64,000 bases of DNA from Promethearchaeota archaeon (GCA_048938105.1 JBHLMN010000017.1:80714-144713); one strand, 5' to 3'. Positions 47,569 through 58,184 are shown, counted from the stretch's first letter. The notes: generated from the letters alone by a model not told the origin. Translations and numbers: made by a program.

Positions 47569-47688
47569 GATTTCGTCTTATTCGATATATGTTGCTTCTC
47601 TTAAATATTTTCGGTAATTCAAGATTAATTGGCTACAATAAGGCTCTAATGCAGTTGGTATTGTAAGTTTACTTACTTTATTTTGTCA

Positions 47689-50433
47689 TTAAGATGTTAA
47701 TTTTCCTTGACAAAAAGGACAGGTATTCTCTCTTTGAATTTGATTTGGACGTATAAAATCGACCTGACATTTTATACATTCCTTAGGGTATTTTACTAAG
47801 GATCCAGTGCAATAAGGACAAGTTTTTTTAGATGAAAAACACGACGAACAGACTGGACGATTACAATTAGTACAATAATAGAATTCCATTGAGTTATTAT
47901 ATTGGTTTTGACAGATTTGACAAGTTTCTTCTAATGATTGTGCTTTGAAAGACTTATTACTTTGAATTAAGAACTGGGTCTTATTATGAAGTCTGTGTCT
48001 TAATACTTGGCGTACACTGATATAAGACATGTCGTTTTTATATGGAATAAATTCTCCTTTGAGTAACATCTTTTCTATTTTGTCAATTCGACGCAAGGAT
48101 GCATATTCCTTTATAGAATGGGTTGGAACTTCAGCGGTAGGTAGATAAGTTATACCACACAACTGACATAACAAATTCTCTTCTATCTCTTCAATTGAAA
48201 CAACTGTTATGAGACATTGAGGACAGGTTAATGGCAATTCTTGTAAATCTTTATTACCACAAGAAGGACAATTTAACATCCTTGTTAATTCTAAACTTTT
48301 ATGGCAACTTTGACAGAGATACTTAAAACACTGTTTACACTGATAAAAAGTCAAATTAGAAGTAATTTCTTCATTCTTTAATTGACAATAGGCTTGAAAT
48401 CTCTCCGCAAGATAAAATCTGTTTTTCATTTGTGTTAAAACTAGCCCAGTATCAAGTGTAAAATGTCTAGCGAACCTTATCCCATCAAGAATGTTATCTA
48501 AAGACCCTTCTAAACGTTTATAAGGAATGGCATTCCCCTTTTTGATATCACGAGCAAGGTCACCAAGTTCTTGATCCAATTTTAGAGATTCTGCAGTTAT
48601 GAATAAATCAGAATCTTTAATGATTGTTCCATTTCTTTCCTTTTTAATCAGTTCTCTTTTCATTAATTCGGGATTAGCGTTAATAATATCTGCTAAATCA
48701 TTAATTCGGATCACAGGCCCTAATTGTCTATCAACGACAAGTGGATTGTTTACATTACCAATGTTTAGTAGGATTATACTGTTCTTAATGATTCCTGTAT
48801 CCTTCTCAATAAGGTTCTTTAACCATCTTATTTTAACATCCAATTTTTTAGCAAGTTTAGATAATTTAATTGCTTGTTCCTTTCTTATGTATTCTATTAG
48901 ATTGTTTTTAAAAGAACGTAACCATTCTGGAGTTATTAAAATAGCAGTTCCTTTAAATGTATGAGTTACAAGAATTCCTTTAATCTCATCTGATTTTTGG
49001 TTTATATAATCTCTTAACCATTTTAGATTGACATCTAATTCCTTCGCTAGATTATTCAAGGTAAAACTACCCTTTGTTTGAACTGTTTCTAATAATAAAT
49101 CATCAAAAGAGTTTAACCATGTAGGTGTCACGAAAGTTGGATACTTATGAAAATCAAGTATTTTCTGAATATCAGGGACAACTTTATGGATCATTCTTTT
49201 TATATCGACATTCTTAGGAAGTTCCAACTCATATCGTAATTCATTCAGGTTAAAACGAGTTTTTTCCTTAAGAATTCGAGAAATTTCCTCTTGAAGACGA
49301 TTAGTTTCTATATCTGGCTCTCTAATCTCGTATATTCGAATAATCACACCAATTATGAATATGGAAATGGTTGAAATCAATAATATTCCAGTTATTATTA
49401 TATCAAAAGTAATAACCATCAGGCAGAGACAAACTCCTACTAAGATCGTTAAATATCGTTTATAAGCCCAACTGATCCATGTAACAGCTAAAACTAGGCA
49501 GAAAGTGATCCAATTATGATAAAATGCGGTAAAGATAGGAGTAAAAGGATCAATATAGTTTTTTGAGTACACTACGATAAATAACGTTGATGAAACAATT
49601 ATTCCTATAATACCAGCTTTTAGACTCCCAAATTGATCAGCAATATAACCTCTCTCTAAAGTCATTGAGAACTGATAAAGCTGGTTTGGGACACTTCTAT
49701 TTTGAAAATATAATCGTAATATTATAAACGATCCGATAAAAAAGAATACAAGAAATATATGTACCTGTAAAATGATTAATAATACTATAAAGAAGAAGAA
49801 AAAAGGAATTTCACGGTCATTTTCAAAATCCTCCTGAAGAAAACTGATTAACCTACGACGATAGTTACTTAACACCCGATTGACTGCTAATGTCCATCGC
49901 GCAGTTGGATTCCCATATCTTTTGTAAGAACGATCAGAATCAAAAAAAATGTCAAGAGAAAGAAAAATAACAAGTAAAAAGAATAGAGCAAAGGGAGAAG
50001 CTAGACCAATGTTAATGTTTTCCATATTCGTTATAACATAAAGAATTCCAAGGAAAAATATTGAGATCAATAAGCAAATGTCAAGAAATTTAGGAAGTTT
50101 TTCTTTGTAAGAAAGAGGAATCGAAATAAAAGAAGATCCTTTTCGGGGCGAAAAATTTTCAATTAAAAACCACGAGCCTCTTAATGTCAGATTAAGGGAA
50201 TAGCAGAAACAAAAGATAACTATAGGGATAAAATGAGGGTCTTCAATAATATTCTGGAAAAATATAATGAAATCTGAAGGAATTAAATAAAGGACTTCAA
50301 TACCTATAATTTCAAAGCTAAGATTCCCCACGAGAAAGGCTAAGAGAAGTCCAAAAGTAAGTGTGACACCTAGCTTTAAGACTTCATCGCTTTCTTTTGA
50401 GTCATTATTTTTCTGTAGAGGATCTAATGGCAT
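47689..50433 (-). CDS. Polytopic membrane protein with winged-helix (PCI-like) repeats and duplicated Cys-rich RING/Zn-finger module
   Basis: About 8-9 TM segments; repeated helix-turn-helix units (FTLNNLAKELDV, IKLSKLAKKLDV, IRINDLADIINA); two tandem Cys-rich modules. Confidence 0.7.
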   Translation of the reverse strand: MPLDPLQKNNDSKESDEVLKLGVTLTFGLLLAFLVGNLSFEIIGIEVLYLIPSDFIIFFQNIIEDPHFIPIVIFCFCYSLNLTLRGSWFLIENFSPRKGSSFISIPLSYKEKLPKFLDICLLISIFFLGILYVITNMENINIGLASPFALFFLLVIFLSLDIFFDSDRSYKRYGNPTARWTLAVNRVLSNYRRRLISFLQEDFENDREIPFFFFFIVLLIILQVHIFLVFFFIGSFIILRLYFQNRSVPNQLYQFSMTLERGYIADQFGSLKAGIIGIIVSSTLFIVVYSKNYIDPFTPIFTAFYHNWITFCLVLAVTWISWAYKRYLTILVGVCLCLMVITFDIIITGILLISTISIFIIGVIIRIYEIREPDIETNRLQEEISRILKEKTRFNLNELRYELELPKNVDIKRMIHKVVPDIQKILDFHKYPTFVTPTWLNSFDDLLLETVQTKGSFTLNNLAKELDVNLKWLRDYINQKSDEIKGILVTHTFKGTAILITPEWLRSFKNNLIEYIRKEQAIKLSKLAKKLDVKIRWLKNLIEKDTGIIKNSIILLNIGNVNNPLVVDRQLGPVIRINDLADIINANPELMKRELIKKERNGTIIKDSDLFITAESLKLDQELGDLARDIKKGNAIPYKRLEGSLDNILDGIRFARHFTLDTGLVLTQMKNRFYLAERFQAYCQLKNEEITSNLTFYQCKQCFKYLCQSCHKSLELTRMLNCPSCGNKDLQELPLTCPQCLITVVSIEEIEENLLCQLCGITYLPTAEVPTHSIKEYASLRRIDKIEKMLLKGEFIPYKNDMSYISVRQVLRHRLHNKTQFLIQSNKSFKAQSLEETCQICQNQYNNSMEFYYCTNCNRPVCSSCFSSKKTCPYCTGSLVKYPKECIKCQVDFIRPNQIQRENTCPFCQGKLTS

Positions 50434-50639
50434 TTAAAGTCGATTTGGTTTAATAATTTTTAAGACTATTTTTTTCGGAAACCGACAAACCGAAACTCTG
50501 CAAAATAAATAGAAGGAATTTCTTTTATTCTTGATATACTTCAATAAATGAGGAATATTCCAGCCTCATTCATAAGCTATATAAATTTCACAAACAATTC
50601 TTAGATAGAAGAAATTTCACAACTACTAGGTGGATTATC

Positions 50640-51149
50640 ATGAGTTTGAATGAATGTCCAAACTGTGGTGAATTAGCTAAACCAAATGAATTCTTTTGTC
50701 AATCATGTGGGACACCCATTTCGACCAGTACTCAACGACCTCGTACGAGAGAAATTAGAGGATACGTTCAAATTATTGGTACCGTTGAAATCGTTTTTGG
50801 AATAGTAGGTATAATGGCATCCATATTATTCGGCATTTTAGCTGCATTTATCCCTGCTTTGATATCTGAAGGTGTAATTGAATCGTCAGAGGAGTCTACT
50901 ATTCTAGCTTCTGATACTTTAGTTGTTTTACTTGCTGTATTTATAGGTTCAATTGCATTAATGTTTATCATTTTCTCAGTTGCAGCTATTATAAGTGGAA
51001 TTAAGCTAATGCAATACAAGAATTCTGGGCGAATTGGAACAATGATAATCGGGGCTTTTTCCCTATTCCTCATCCCAGTGGGGACAATCTTTGGTGCAGC
51101 AGCGCTATATATTTTAACAAAACCCGAAGTTGAACCGCTCTTCATGTGA
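50640..51149 (+). CDS. Zinc-ribbon membrane protein
   Basis: CPNCG...FCQSCG, then three hydrophobic segments ending PVGTIFG. Confidence 0.8.
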   Translation: MSLNECPNCGELAKPNEFFCQSCGTPISTSTQRPRTREIRGYVQIIGTVEIVFGIVGIMASILFGILAAFIPALISEGVIESSEESTILASDTLVVLLAVFIGSIALMFIIFSVAAIISGIKLMQYKNSGRIGTMIIGAFSLFLIPVGTIFGAAALYILTKPEVEPLFM

Positions 51150-51545
51150 GTTCATCAACATCTTCCCTTTTTTTTTACCTGATAAACAGTTTTTAGAGAC
51201 AATAGAATTAATAAAAAGAGGATCTCCCAAATATCATCTTCCTCTTTTATTTACATACCCTAAACATCTTTTTACAATAATTTTAATATTAACATTACCT
51301 TTACCGAAATCTATATATGCAAATTTATTTTAAATTTGATCAAATTAAAATTGATGATTTGGTGAAAATTGGCTAAAAAATTTTTAAAATTCCAAATCAA
51401 AAATCCTCCAGCTTACCACCAAAAAAATACTTTTATAGAAAAGAGTTTATTCTCTCATCTGTCTTTTTTGGAAATCCTTGGCTTTTAAAGGAAAAGTTTT
51501 CCACCACTAGACGATTAATTTCTTCTATTAGCTGGAGGAAACAGC

Positions 51546-52481
51546 TTGGTTGAAGATAAAGCTTTACGTCAGAAGTTTGATAAGGCACTCGAGTCATTCA
51601 CGGACAGAATTAAGACTGATAATAGTATTCTCGCTGTATTTGTACTTGGTAGTTATACTAATGGCATTGTGTGGGAAAAATCGGATATCGACATGGTTAT
51701 AGTAACCAAAGAGGAACGTGTTCTTCAGGATTTAATAGTAATAAGAGAGAATGATATACAAATTAACGCTTATGTCATTTCTCGTAATGATTATCGTCGG
51801 AATCAACAGAGATTTCTTCAAGGAAGTATAACACATCATATGCTTTCTACAAGTAAACTGATTCATTCATCTGATAGAGGGATTTCAGAGTTTAATCGGG
51901 ACATGTTTTCTGTAGCAGAGAGAGATAAGGAGTTACAGATCCTTGTACGCTCTGAAATGTTGATAGGAGGCATATTCAAAATTAAGAAATCGCTTTACAT
52001 TGAAGAATCCCTAGAAAAGAGTCTCAACTGGTTAATCCTAACAACTCAGGAAATCGCACGAATCCTTATCTTCCTTGAGGGAAAAATTCCTGGTAGAGAT
52101 ATCCTTACTCAAGCACAGGAAATATCGACGAACAAAATATTAGAAAATATAATAGAGAATGTTTACAAAAAGGGATTTACGAAAGAAAATGTTGAATACG
52201 CATTAAATCTCATTGAAGATTTTCTACTTAAGAATACTCATAGATTTTTCAAACCATTGTTTGAGTATTTAAAGGAGAGTGTCGGAGAGAGGAGCCACTC
52301 TGAATTAGACTTATATTTTAAAAAAGCAACTGGATTTCAAGGATTAACCTTAGTTGAGTCAATTAGCTGGTTAAGTGATCAAGGTATTTTGATGTTAGGG
52401 GTGAAACCAAAGAGAATCACAGCAAGGAGTCGTGTCACAGTAGATGAAACTACAATTTTTTACATTGGAGGAGAGGAATAA
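51546..52481 (+). CDS. Pol-beta-superfamily nucleotidyltransferase domain protein
   Basis: AVFVLGSYTNG...SDIDMVIV (GS...DxD); TTG start after a GGAGG RBS; ends 2 nt before uvrA. Confidence 0.78.
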   Translation: MVEDKALRQKFDKALESFTDRIKTDNSILAVFVLGSYTNGIVWEKSDIDMVIVTKEERVLQDLIVIRENDIQINAYVISRNDYRRNQQRFLQGSITHHMLSTSKLIHSSDRGISEFNRDMFSVAERDKELQILVRSEMLIGGIFKIKKSLYIEESLEKSLNWLILTTQEIARILIFLEGKIPGRDILTQAQEISTNKILENIIENVYKKGFTKENVEYALNLIEDFLLKNTHRFFKPLFEYLKESVGERSHSELDLYFKKATGFQGLTLVESISWLSDQGILMLGVKPKRITARSRVTVDETTIFYIGGEE

Positions 52482-52483
52482 AG

Positions 52484-55345
52484 ATGAGAGACACAATTGA
52501 GGTGATTGGGGCCCGTCAAAACAATCTTAAAAATATTAATGTGAAAATACCTAGGAATAAGCTTACTGTGGTGACTGGGGTAAGCGGATCAGGAAAATCT
52601 AGTCTGGCTTTTGATGTGATCTTTGGTGAAGGACAGAGATTATTTCTCGAATCATTATCGACATACGCAAGATCACGAGTAGTTCAAGTTCGAAGACCTG
52701 ATGTTGATTTTATATTTGGATTGTCATCTGTTGTATCTATTGAACAACATCAGAGCTTACGGAACTATCGTTCCACTGTTGGAACCCTAACAGACATTTC
52801 AACCTATCTTCGTCTTCTTTATGCAACCAAAGGGAAAGCGTACTGTCCATATTGTAATCAAGAGGTCACAGTAAAGAATGCTAATCAGATCGTAGAAAAT
52901 TTATTGTCCCTACCTAAAGATACTATGGTAGAAATCTACGCACCAGTTTTCAAAATTTATGATGAAGATTATAGGTACTTGTTTGATACCCTGAGAAGGC
53001 GAGGAATCAGTAAAATCCTTATCGATGGTCAGGAATACGATGTTGGGGATCAGATAGACCTTGATGAGGAAAAGATCTATCACATAGAAGCATTCATTGA
53101 TAAATTTGAAATTAATTCAGATCTTCACCAGATCATGTTAGATACTGTCCGTGAATGTCAAAGAATTGGAGAAGGGTATATTAAGATCCATATTTCAGAA
53201 GAAGGGGAGAAAAATGAATCCTTTTATCAAGATTTTGCATGTACAGATCATCATCTTGTAATGGGAGAACTTTTACCCTGGTATTTCTCTCCAAATGAAG
53301 GAGATAGTGCTTGCTTAACTTGTCGTGGTCTTGGAGTATATCGAAGGGCGGTCCCATGGTTAATCGTTGCGAATGAAAACAAAAGCATTCGCAAAGGAGC
53401 TATTAATGAAAATATCTTTACTCTAAAACACCCATTTAAATATCTAGTGATTTGGAGCTTAGCGAAACATTATGGGTTTAGTTTAGATACTCCATTCAAA
53501 GATTTAAATGAAGAACATCATGATATAATATTCTATGGTACTCATAGAGAGAAATTTGTTTTACAACAACCTGACGACCTAAAGCAAACATTTTCGAACA
53601 TTGGTAAAAAAGTAGCTTTTGAAGGACTCATTCCTCCTATTAATCGTTGGTATAAAGAAAGAGTACGAAATGAGGCTCGTAGATCCGCAAGAACCATGGA
53701 TGACCACATTTATTTTCGTGGTATGACAGATGTTCTTTGTCCTGATTGTCAGGGCACAAAACTGCTTCCCCAACGATTACTAGTACGCTTGAATGGTAAG
53801 AATATTCACGAACTTGGAGAAATGACATTAACTGAGCTCAGATCCTTTTTAGATACCTTGCAAGTTGGTAAGAAACGTAAACATATTGAGGAACCAATAA
53901 TTGAAGAACTAAAGAAGCGAATAGACCTTCTTTGTGAGATTGGCGTTGGGTATGTTAGTTTAAATCGGAACGCCCATACCTTATCAGGTGGGGAAATTCA
54001 GCGGGTTAGAATGTCTACTCAAATAGGTTCAGGATTAATGGGAATGCTTTATATCTTAGATGAACCAAGTATCGGCCTCCATCATCGAGATAATTTTCGG
54101 ATCATTAATACTCTCAAGAAACTGAGAGATATAGGGAATACAGTGATTGTAGTCGAACATGACACTGAGATGATGGAAGCAGCTGATTGGATTGTGGATC
54201 TAGGCCCTGGTTCTGGAGAAAATGGGGGAAAAATCGTTGCAGAAGGAACTGTTGAGGACATTAAGAACTCTTTCAAATCGATTACAGGGCAATATCTCTC
54301 ACGGAAAAAAACCATCGATACTCCAAAAAAGAGAAGGCCCCTAAATGGTGAGTATATTACAATTTCAGGGGCATCAGAAAATAACCTCAAAGATATTGAC
54401 GTGAAAATTCCATTAGGTATGTTGATCTGTGTTACTGGAGTATCAGGTTCAGGAAAAAGCAGTTTAGTAAATGATATTCTAACAAATAAGCTTATTTCAC
54501 GTTTCCGTGATCGAAGGGTCACTGCAGGAAAACATAGGAACATTGAGGGCCTTGAACATCTTAGAGATGTGAGAATTATGGACCAGTCCCCCATAGGGAG
54601 AACCTCACGATCTAATCCAGCGACTTATGTTGGGTTTTATAATAAGATCCGAGAAATATTCTCAGAGCTTCCTGAATCTAAGAAACGTGCTTATACCAAA
54701 ACAACTTTCAGTTTTAATTCAAAAGATTCAGGTCGATGTGAGGAGTGCGAAGGTACAGGTGAAATTGTCACACAGTTGCAATTTATGCCTGATGTACGAA
54801 CTTTATGTCCGATCTGTAAAGGAGAGCGATTCAAATCTGAGATACTAGAAATTGAGTATAAAGGGTTTAATATCGCAGATATTCTTGACCTCCCAGTTGA
54901 GAAGGCATTAGATGTCTTTAAAGATGTCCGTTTGATTCACCATAAATTAAAAGTCATGAATGACCTTGGACTGGGGTATCTTAAGCTGGGTCAGTCTTCT
55001 ACAACCTTGAGTGGAGGAGAAGCGCAAAGAATTAAGTTAGCTAACGAATTGGGAAAATTAAAGCGCCATGAACGCAATCTGTATGTCTTTGATGAACCAT
55101 CTATTGGATTACATTTAGCTGACATAAAAAACCTTCTTTTTACAATCAATAAGCTCATCGACGTAGGTAATAGTGTTATTATAATTGAACACAACCTAGA
55201 TATCATTAAAATGGCAGATTACGTTATTGATCTAGGGCCTGAAGGGGGAAATGAAGGAGGGTATCTTGTAACGGCAGGTACCCCAGAAGAAGTTAGTAAA
55301 GTGTCAGAATCCTATACTGGTCAATACCTTAAGGAGTATCTCTAG
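52484..55345 (+). CDS. uvrA: Excinuclease ABC subunit UvrA
   Basis: GARQNNLKN, two GVSGSGKS Walker A motifs, two LSGGE signatures, DEPSIGLH, Zn-finger Cys pairs. Confidence 0.95.
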   Translation: MRDTIEVIGARQNNLKNINVKIPRNKLTVVTGVSGSGKSSLAFDVIFGEGQRLFLESLSTYARSRVVQVRRPDVDFIFGLSSVVSIEQHQSLRNYRSTVGTLTDISTYLRLLYATKGKAYCPYCNQEVTVKNANQIVENLLSLPKDTMVEIYAPVFKIYDEDYRYLFDTLRRRGISKILIDGQEYDVGDQIDLDEEKIYHIEAFIDKFEINSDLHQIMLDTVRECQRIGEGYIKIHISEEGEKNESFYQDFACTDHHLVMGELLPWYFSPNEGDSACLTCRGLGVYRRAVPWLIVANENKSIRKGAINENIFTLKHPFKYLVIWSLAKHYGFSLDTPFKDLNEEHHDIIFYGTHREKFVLQQPDDLKQTFSNIGKKVAFEGLIPPINRWYKERVRNEARRSARTMDDHIYFRGMTDVLCPDCQGTKLLPQRLLVRLNGKNIHELGEMTLTELRSFLDTLQVGKKRKHIEEPIIEELKKRIDLLCEIGVGYVSLNRNAHTLSGGEIQRVRMSTQIGSGLMGMLYILDEPSIGLHHRDNFRIINTLKKLRDIGNTVIVVEHDTEMMEAADWIVDLGPGSGENGGKIVAEGTVEDIKNSFKSITGQYLSRKKTIDTPKKRRPLNGEYITISGASENNLKDIDVKIPLGMLICVTGVSGSGKSSLVNDILTNKLISRFRDRRVTAGKHRNIEGLEHLRDVRIMDQSPIGRTSRSNPATYVGFYNKIREIFSELPESKKRAYTKTTFSFNSKDSGRCEECEGTGEIVTQLQFMPDVRTLCPICKGERFKSEILEIEYKGFNIADILDLPVEKALDVFKDVRLIHHKLKVMNDLGLGYLKLGQSSTTLSGGEAQRIKLANELGKLKRHERNLYVFDEPSIGLHLADIKNLLFTINKLIDVGNSVIIIEHNLDIIKMADYVIDLGPEGGNEGGYLVTAGTPEEVSKVSESYTGQYLKEYL

Positions 55346-55365
55346 TATAATTAGGGATTGATTGA

Positions 55366-56280
55366 ATGGCAACAGATCTAAACTATATTGAGGTCACACT
55401 AAACATTTTTATGACCGCAATGATGATTGAAGAGACAGATAAGCTAATAAGACCATATCTCTACTCAAATATGAGTTGTATTATTCTTCCAGAAGAATTG
55501 ATTTTTGTCAATTGTGGCCCACATGCAGATCTTGCTCTGAAATTCAGAAAGGATATGGAAGCGCGGACTAAAAAGGAAACCTCGCATTTGATTTTGACTA
55601 GTAAATCATGGGATGTTATATGGGGAATGGAGGCATTTAAGGATGTAACGGTTGTTAGCTCATCGGCAACAAAATCAGGTATTCGAACTAACATAAAAAA
55701 GGGAATTGATGTATCATACAGAGAATGGATTATCCGTCAAGTTCCAGAAGATAACAAACTACATGAAAGTCTTATGAAAAACGAAATTTTTGTTCCGACA
55801 ACTGGATTTTCAAAAAATAAACAGTTAGGTCCTTTAGAATTAGAAGTAACATTAGCAGGGGCTATCTCAATTTATTATCCATCAGATAAAGTTATTTTTA
55901 CGGGAAATGCTATTCAAAGTGTTATACCACCTTTCGTGTGGCCGATTACAGCTGTGAACCTGTATCAAAAATGGGAAGAGTTAGAAATCGAGAAAATCAT
56001 ACCTGGCCATGGGCCAGTTATTGGTAAAGAGTATTTAATTCAGATTAGAAAATGGATGGAAGCGTATCTAGATAAGCTAAGAGAATATAGAGATCAAGAC
56101 GTCCCTGAAAGAAAAATCTTTGAACAAGAGTACCCAGATCATCCTGGAAAATCCCGCAAATCATGGATTGAAGGAGGACCTTATCATACAGGTATGATCG
56201 AAAGATTAACACAATATTGGTATAAACAAATACTAATAGAAAAACAACATGAAGAAGGGGATTTGATGTTCATTAGTTGA
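55366..56280 (+). CDS. MBL-fold protein with degenerate metal site
   Basis: IIPGHG retained; THxHxDH replaced by TSKSWDV; FxGD replaced by FTGN. Confidence 0.7.
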   Translation: MATDLNYIEVTLNIFMTAMMIEETDKLIRPYLYSNMSCIILPEELIFVNCGPHADLALKFRKDMEARTKKETSHLILTSKSWDVIWGMEAFKDVTVVSSSATKSGIRTNIKKGIDVSYREWIIRQVPEDNKLHESLMKNEIFVPTTGFSKNKQLGPLELEVTLAGAISIYYPSDKVIFTGNAIQSVIPPFVWPITAVNLYQKWEELEIEKIIPGHGPVIGKEYLIQIRKWMEAYLDKLREYRDQDVPERKIFEQEYPDHPGKSRKSWIEGGPYHTGMIERLTQYWYKQILIEKQHEEGDLMFIS

Positions 56281-56292
56281 TCTGGGAATATC

Positions 56293-56637
56293 ATGAAAAA
56301 CGAGGAACACATGATAATGGGATTCTGCATTGCTTTATTTGTGGGGGTATACGGCCAGATTTTCGACGAATATTTTGATTTTATCTTGTATATAATATTC
56401 GTAGGCCTCACTGTTTTCGGTTCAGTAGTGCCTAATCTGATCGAACCTCCTCACAAAGAGAACCACAGACAATTCTTTCATTCTGTTGTAATACTAGTAA
56501 TTTTAGCGATTCTACTCATCTGGCTCATAATTGGACGGCAATCTATGTTCACTTATCTTTTATCAGGCTTTATTCTAGGTTATTTGTCACATTTACTTTT
56601 TGATGCCACGAGCCAAGAGAGACTGCCAAAATATTAG
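56293..56637 (+). CDS. YdjM/DUF457-like membrane metal-dependent hydrolase (short)
   Basis: HRQFFHS and GYLSHLLFD motifs among hydrophobic segments. Confidence 0.75.
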   Translation: MKNEEHMIMGFCIALFVGVYGQIFDEYFDFILYIIFVGLTVFGSVVPNLIEPPHKENHRQFFHSVVILVILAILLIWLIIGRQSMFTYLLSGFILGYLSHLLFDATSQERLPKY

Positions 56638-56692
56638 CTATACTGAAGCAGTGAATAATCATATATTAATTATTTAGAAAAATCAATTAATC

Positions 56693-57700
56693 ATGGACAT
56701 TTTTTTGCATATAGTTTTAAATGCAGCAATAGCACATCAACTGAGTCGAGATGAAAACTCGCATCGTGCATGTATCTTAGGGGGAATCGTTCCTGATCTG
56801 GATGTAATTCTTGCTTGGATTCCACTCATAATTCCTCAGTTATTTTTTTTACAACACCGTGGATTATTTCATACAGTGATTGCTGCTCCTTTCATTGCTG
56901 GTGCCATAATTGTTTCGACACAATTTCTTAGAAAAATAAATTTCAGTCAAAGATTAGATAAACCATTTAAAGCGATACATACCGAACTTAATTATCGTAG
57001 CTTTTTATGGGGCATCATTGGTGTTTTTTTACATCTAATATTGGATGTTATCTCGTATAATGGAATACTTCTCTTCTATCCCTTAAGTGATCAACGAATA
57101 GCCCTCAATCTAATTTCAGTTGTCGATCCATTAATATCAGTGCTGTCTGGTCTGATTGTTCTTCGCTTCATTTACAATAAATATATCGACTCTAGCACAT
57201 ATTCGTTCTTACACTTTAAGAACTCAGCTAGATCAATCACCGTTCTTTTTGTTCTCTTATTGGTAGTGTATGGATCTCTCCAAGTCAATACAATGGTAAT
57301 CCAATCCCCAATATCCACTAAACCTGAAATAATCCCCCTATTCAGATGGATGTACACTGAAGACGAGAATGAGATTACGATAAGCTTAGTAAATCAATTG
57401 ACACAAGATATCATAAAAACATACTATTATGCATCCCTTACGTATAATCAGACAACTTGGAATATTACAACCATTAATTCGGTTATTAAAGAAGCTAAAC
57501 AAACATTAGACTATAAAAGATTCCAATTTGAACTAACATCCGCCGCATACCTTGCTGTGAATGTTACGTTTAATGAGGAGGGGAATGAATGGGAAGTTTC
57601 ATTTTTAGATACTTTCCAAGATGCTCAATCCAAGTTTTATGGATTCCCAAATAGCTTTTTCATGGAGAATGAAGTCATTGTACATGTAAGTCAAATATAG
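56693..57700 (+). CDS. YdjM/DUF457-like membrane metal-dependent hydrolase
   Basis: MDIFLH, PDLD, HRGLFHT, LHLILD, GILLFYP. Confidence 0.85.
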   Translation: MDIFLHIVLNAAIAHQLSRDENSHRACILGGIVPDLDVILAWIPLIIPQLFFLQHRGLFHTVIAAPFIAGAIIVSTQFLRKINFSQRLDKPFKAIHTELNYRSFLWGIIGVFLHLILDVISYNGILLFYPLSDQRIALNLISVVDPLISVLSGLIVLRFIYNKYIDSSTYSFLHFKNSARSITVLFVLLLVVYGSLQVNTMVIQSPISTKPEIIPLFRWMYTEDENEITISLVNQLTQDIIKTYYYASLTYNQTTWNITTINSVIKEAKQTLDYKRFQFELTSAAYLAVNVTFNEEGNEWEVSFLDTFQDAQSKFYGFPNSFFMENEVIVHVSQI

Positions 57701-57729
57701 GAACATTACTCTCAAAAAAAGAATTAGCG

Positions 57730-58053
57730 ATGAACCTTGCTAGAATTAGTAACTTGTTCTATCGACTTCCTTTTGATACCCCACGGAACGAAGAACGGCT
57801 TTACATGATGAAAGATAGATATTTTGATTCAGGAGGAACTTTAATTTCATGGGGTTCAATGGAACCTATCTGGCAGTTTGATCGAACTCTTTCAGAATAT
57901 AGTGCTGCACTGAGAGAAGCAGGATTTTTAATTCGAGAAATTTTAGAGCCTAAACCAGATAATGAAGTGATAAAGAACCATCCAAGACTACTAGCATTTG
58001 ATATTGATCGCATCCCATTCTTTATAATCTTTAAGTGCATAAAACAAAAGTAA
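57730..58053 (+). pseudogene. C-terminal remnant of a class I SAM-dependent methyltransferase
   Basis: YFD...RTLSEYSAALREAGFLIREILEPKP...IPFFIIFKCIK is a typical methyltransferase C-terminus. No SAM-binding GxG motif, and no room for one upstream. Confidence 0.55.
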
Positions 58054-58184
58054 AAATCCCAAGACTCCGAGAATTCCAACCTAATTAGATCTTTCAATAC
58101 CAAAAAAAGGGGGAGAATGGAGGAAGACACCCTAAGTCATCTTCGAGTTGTTCATTCTTCATTTAATCTTCAATGAATAGAATA

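Noticed and set aside
51130-51545. 67-aa ORF and AATTTGATCAAATT palindrome in an AT-rich intergenic region
   Set aside because: Low-complexity AT-rich DNA; the ORF overlaps the previous gene and has no motif.
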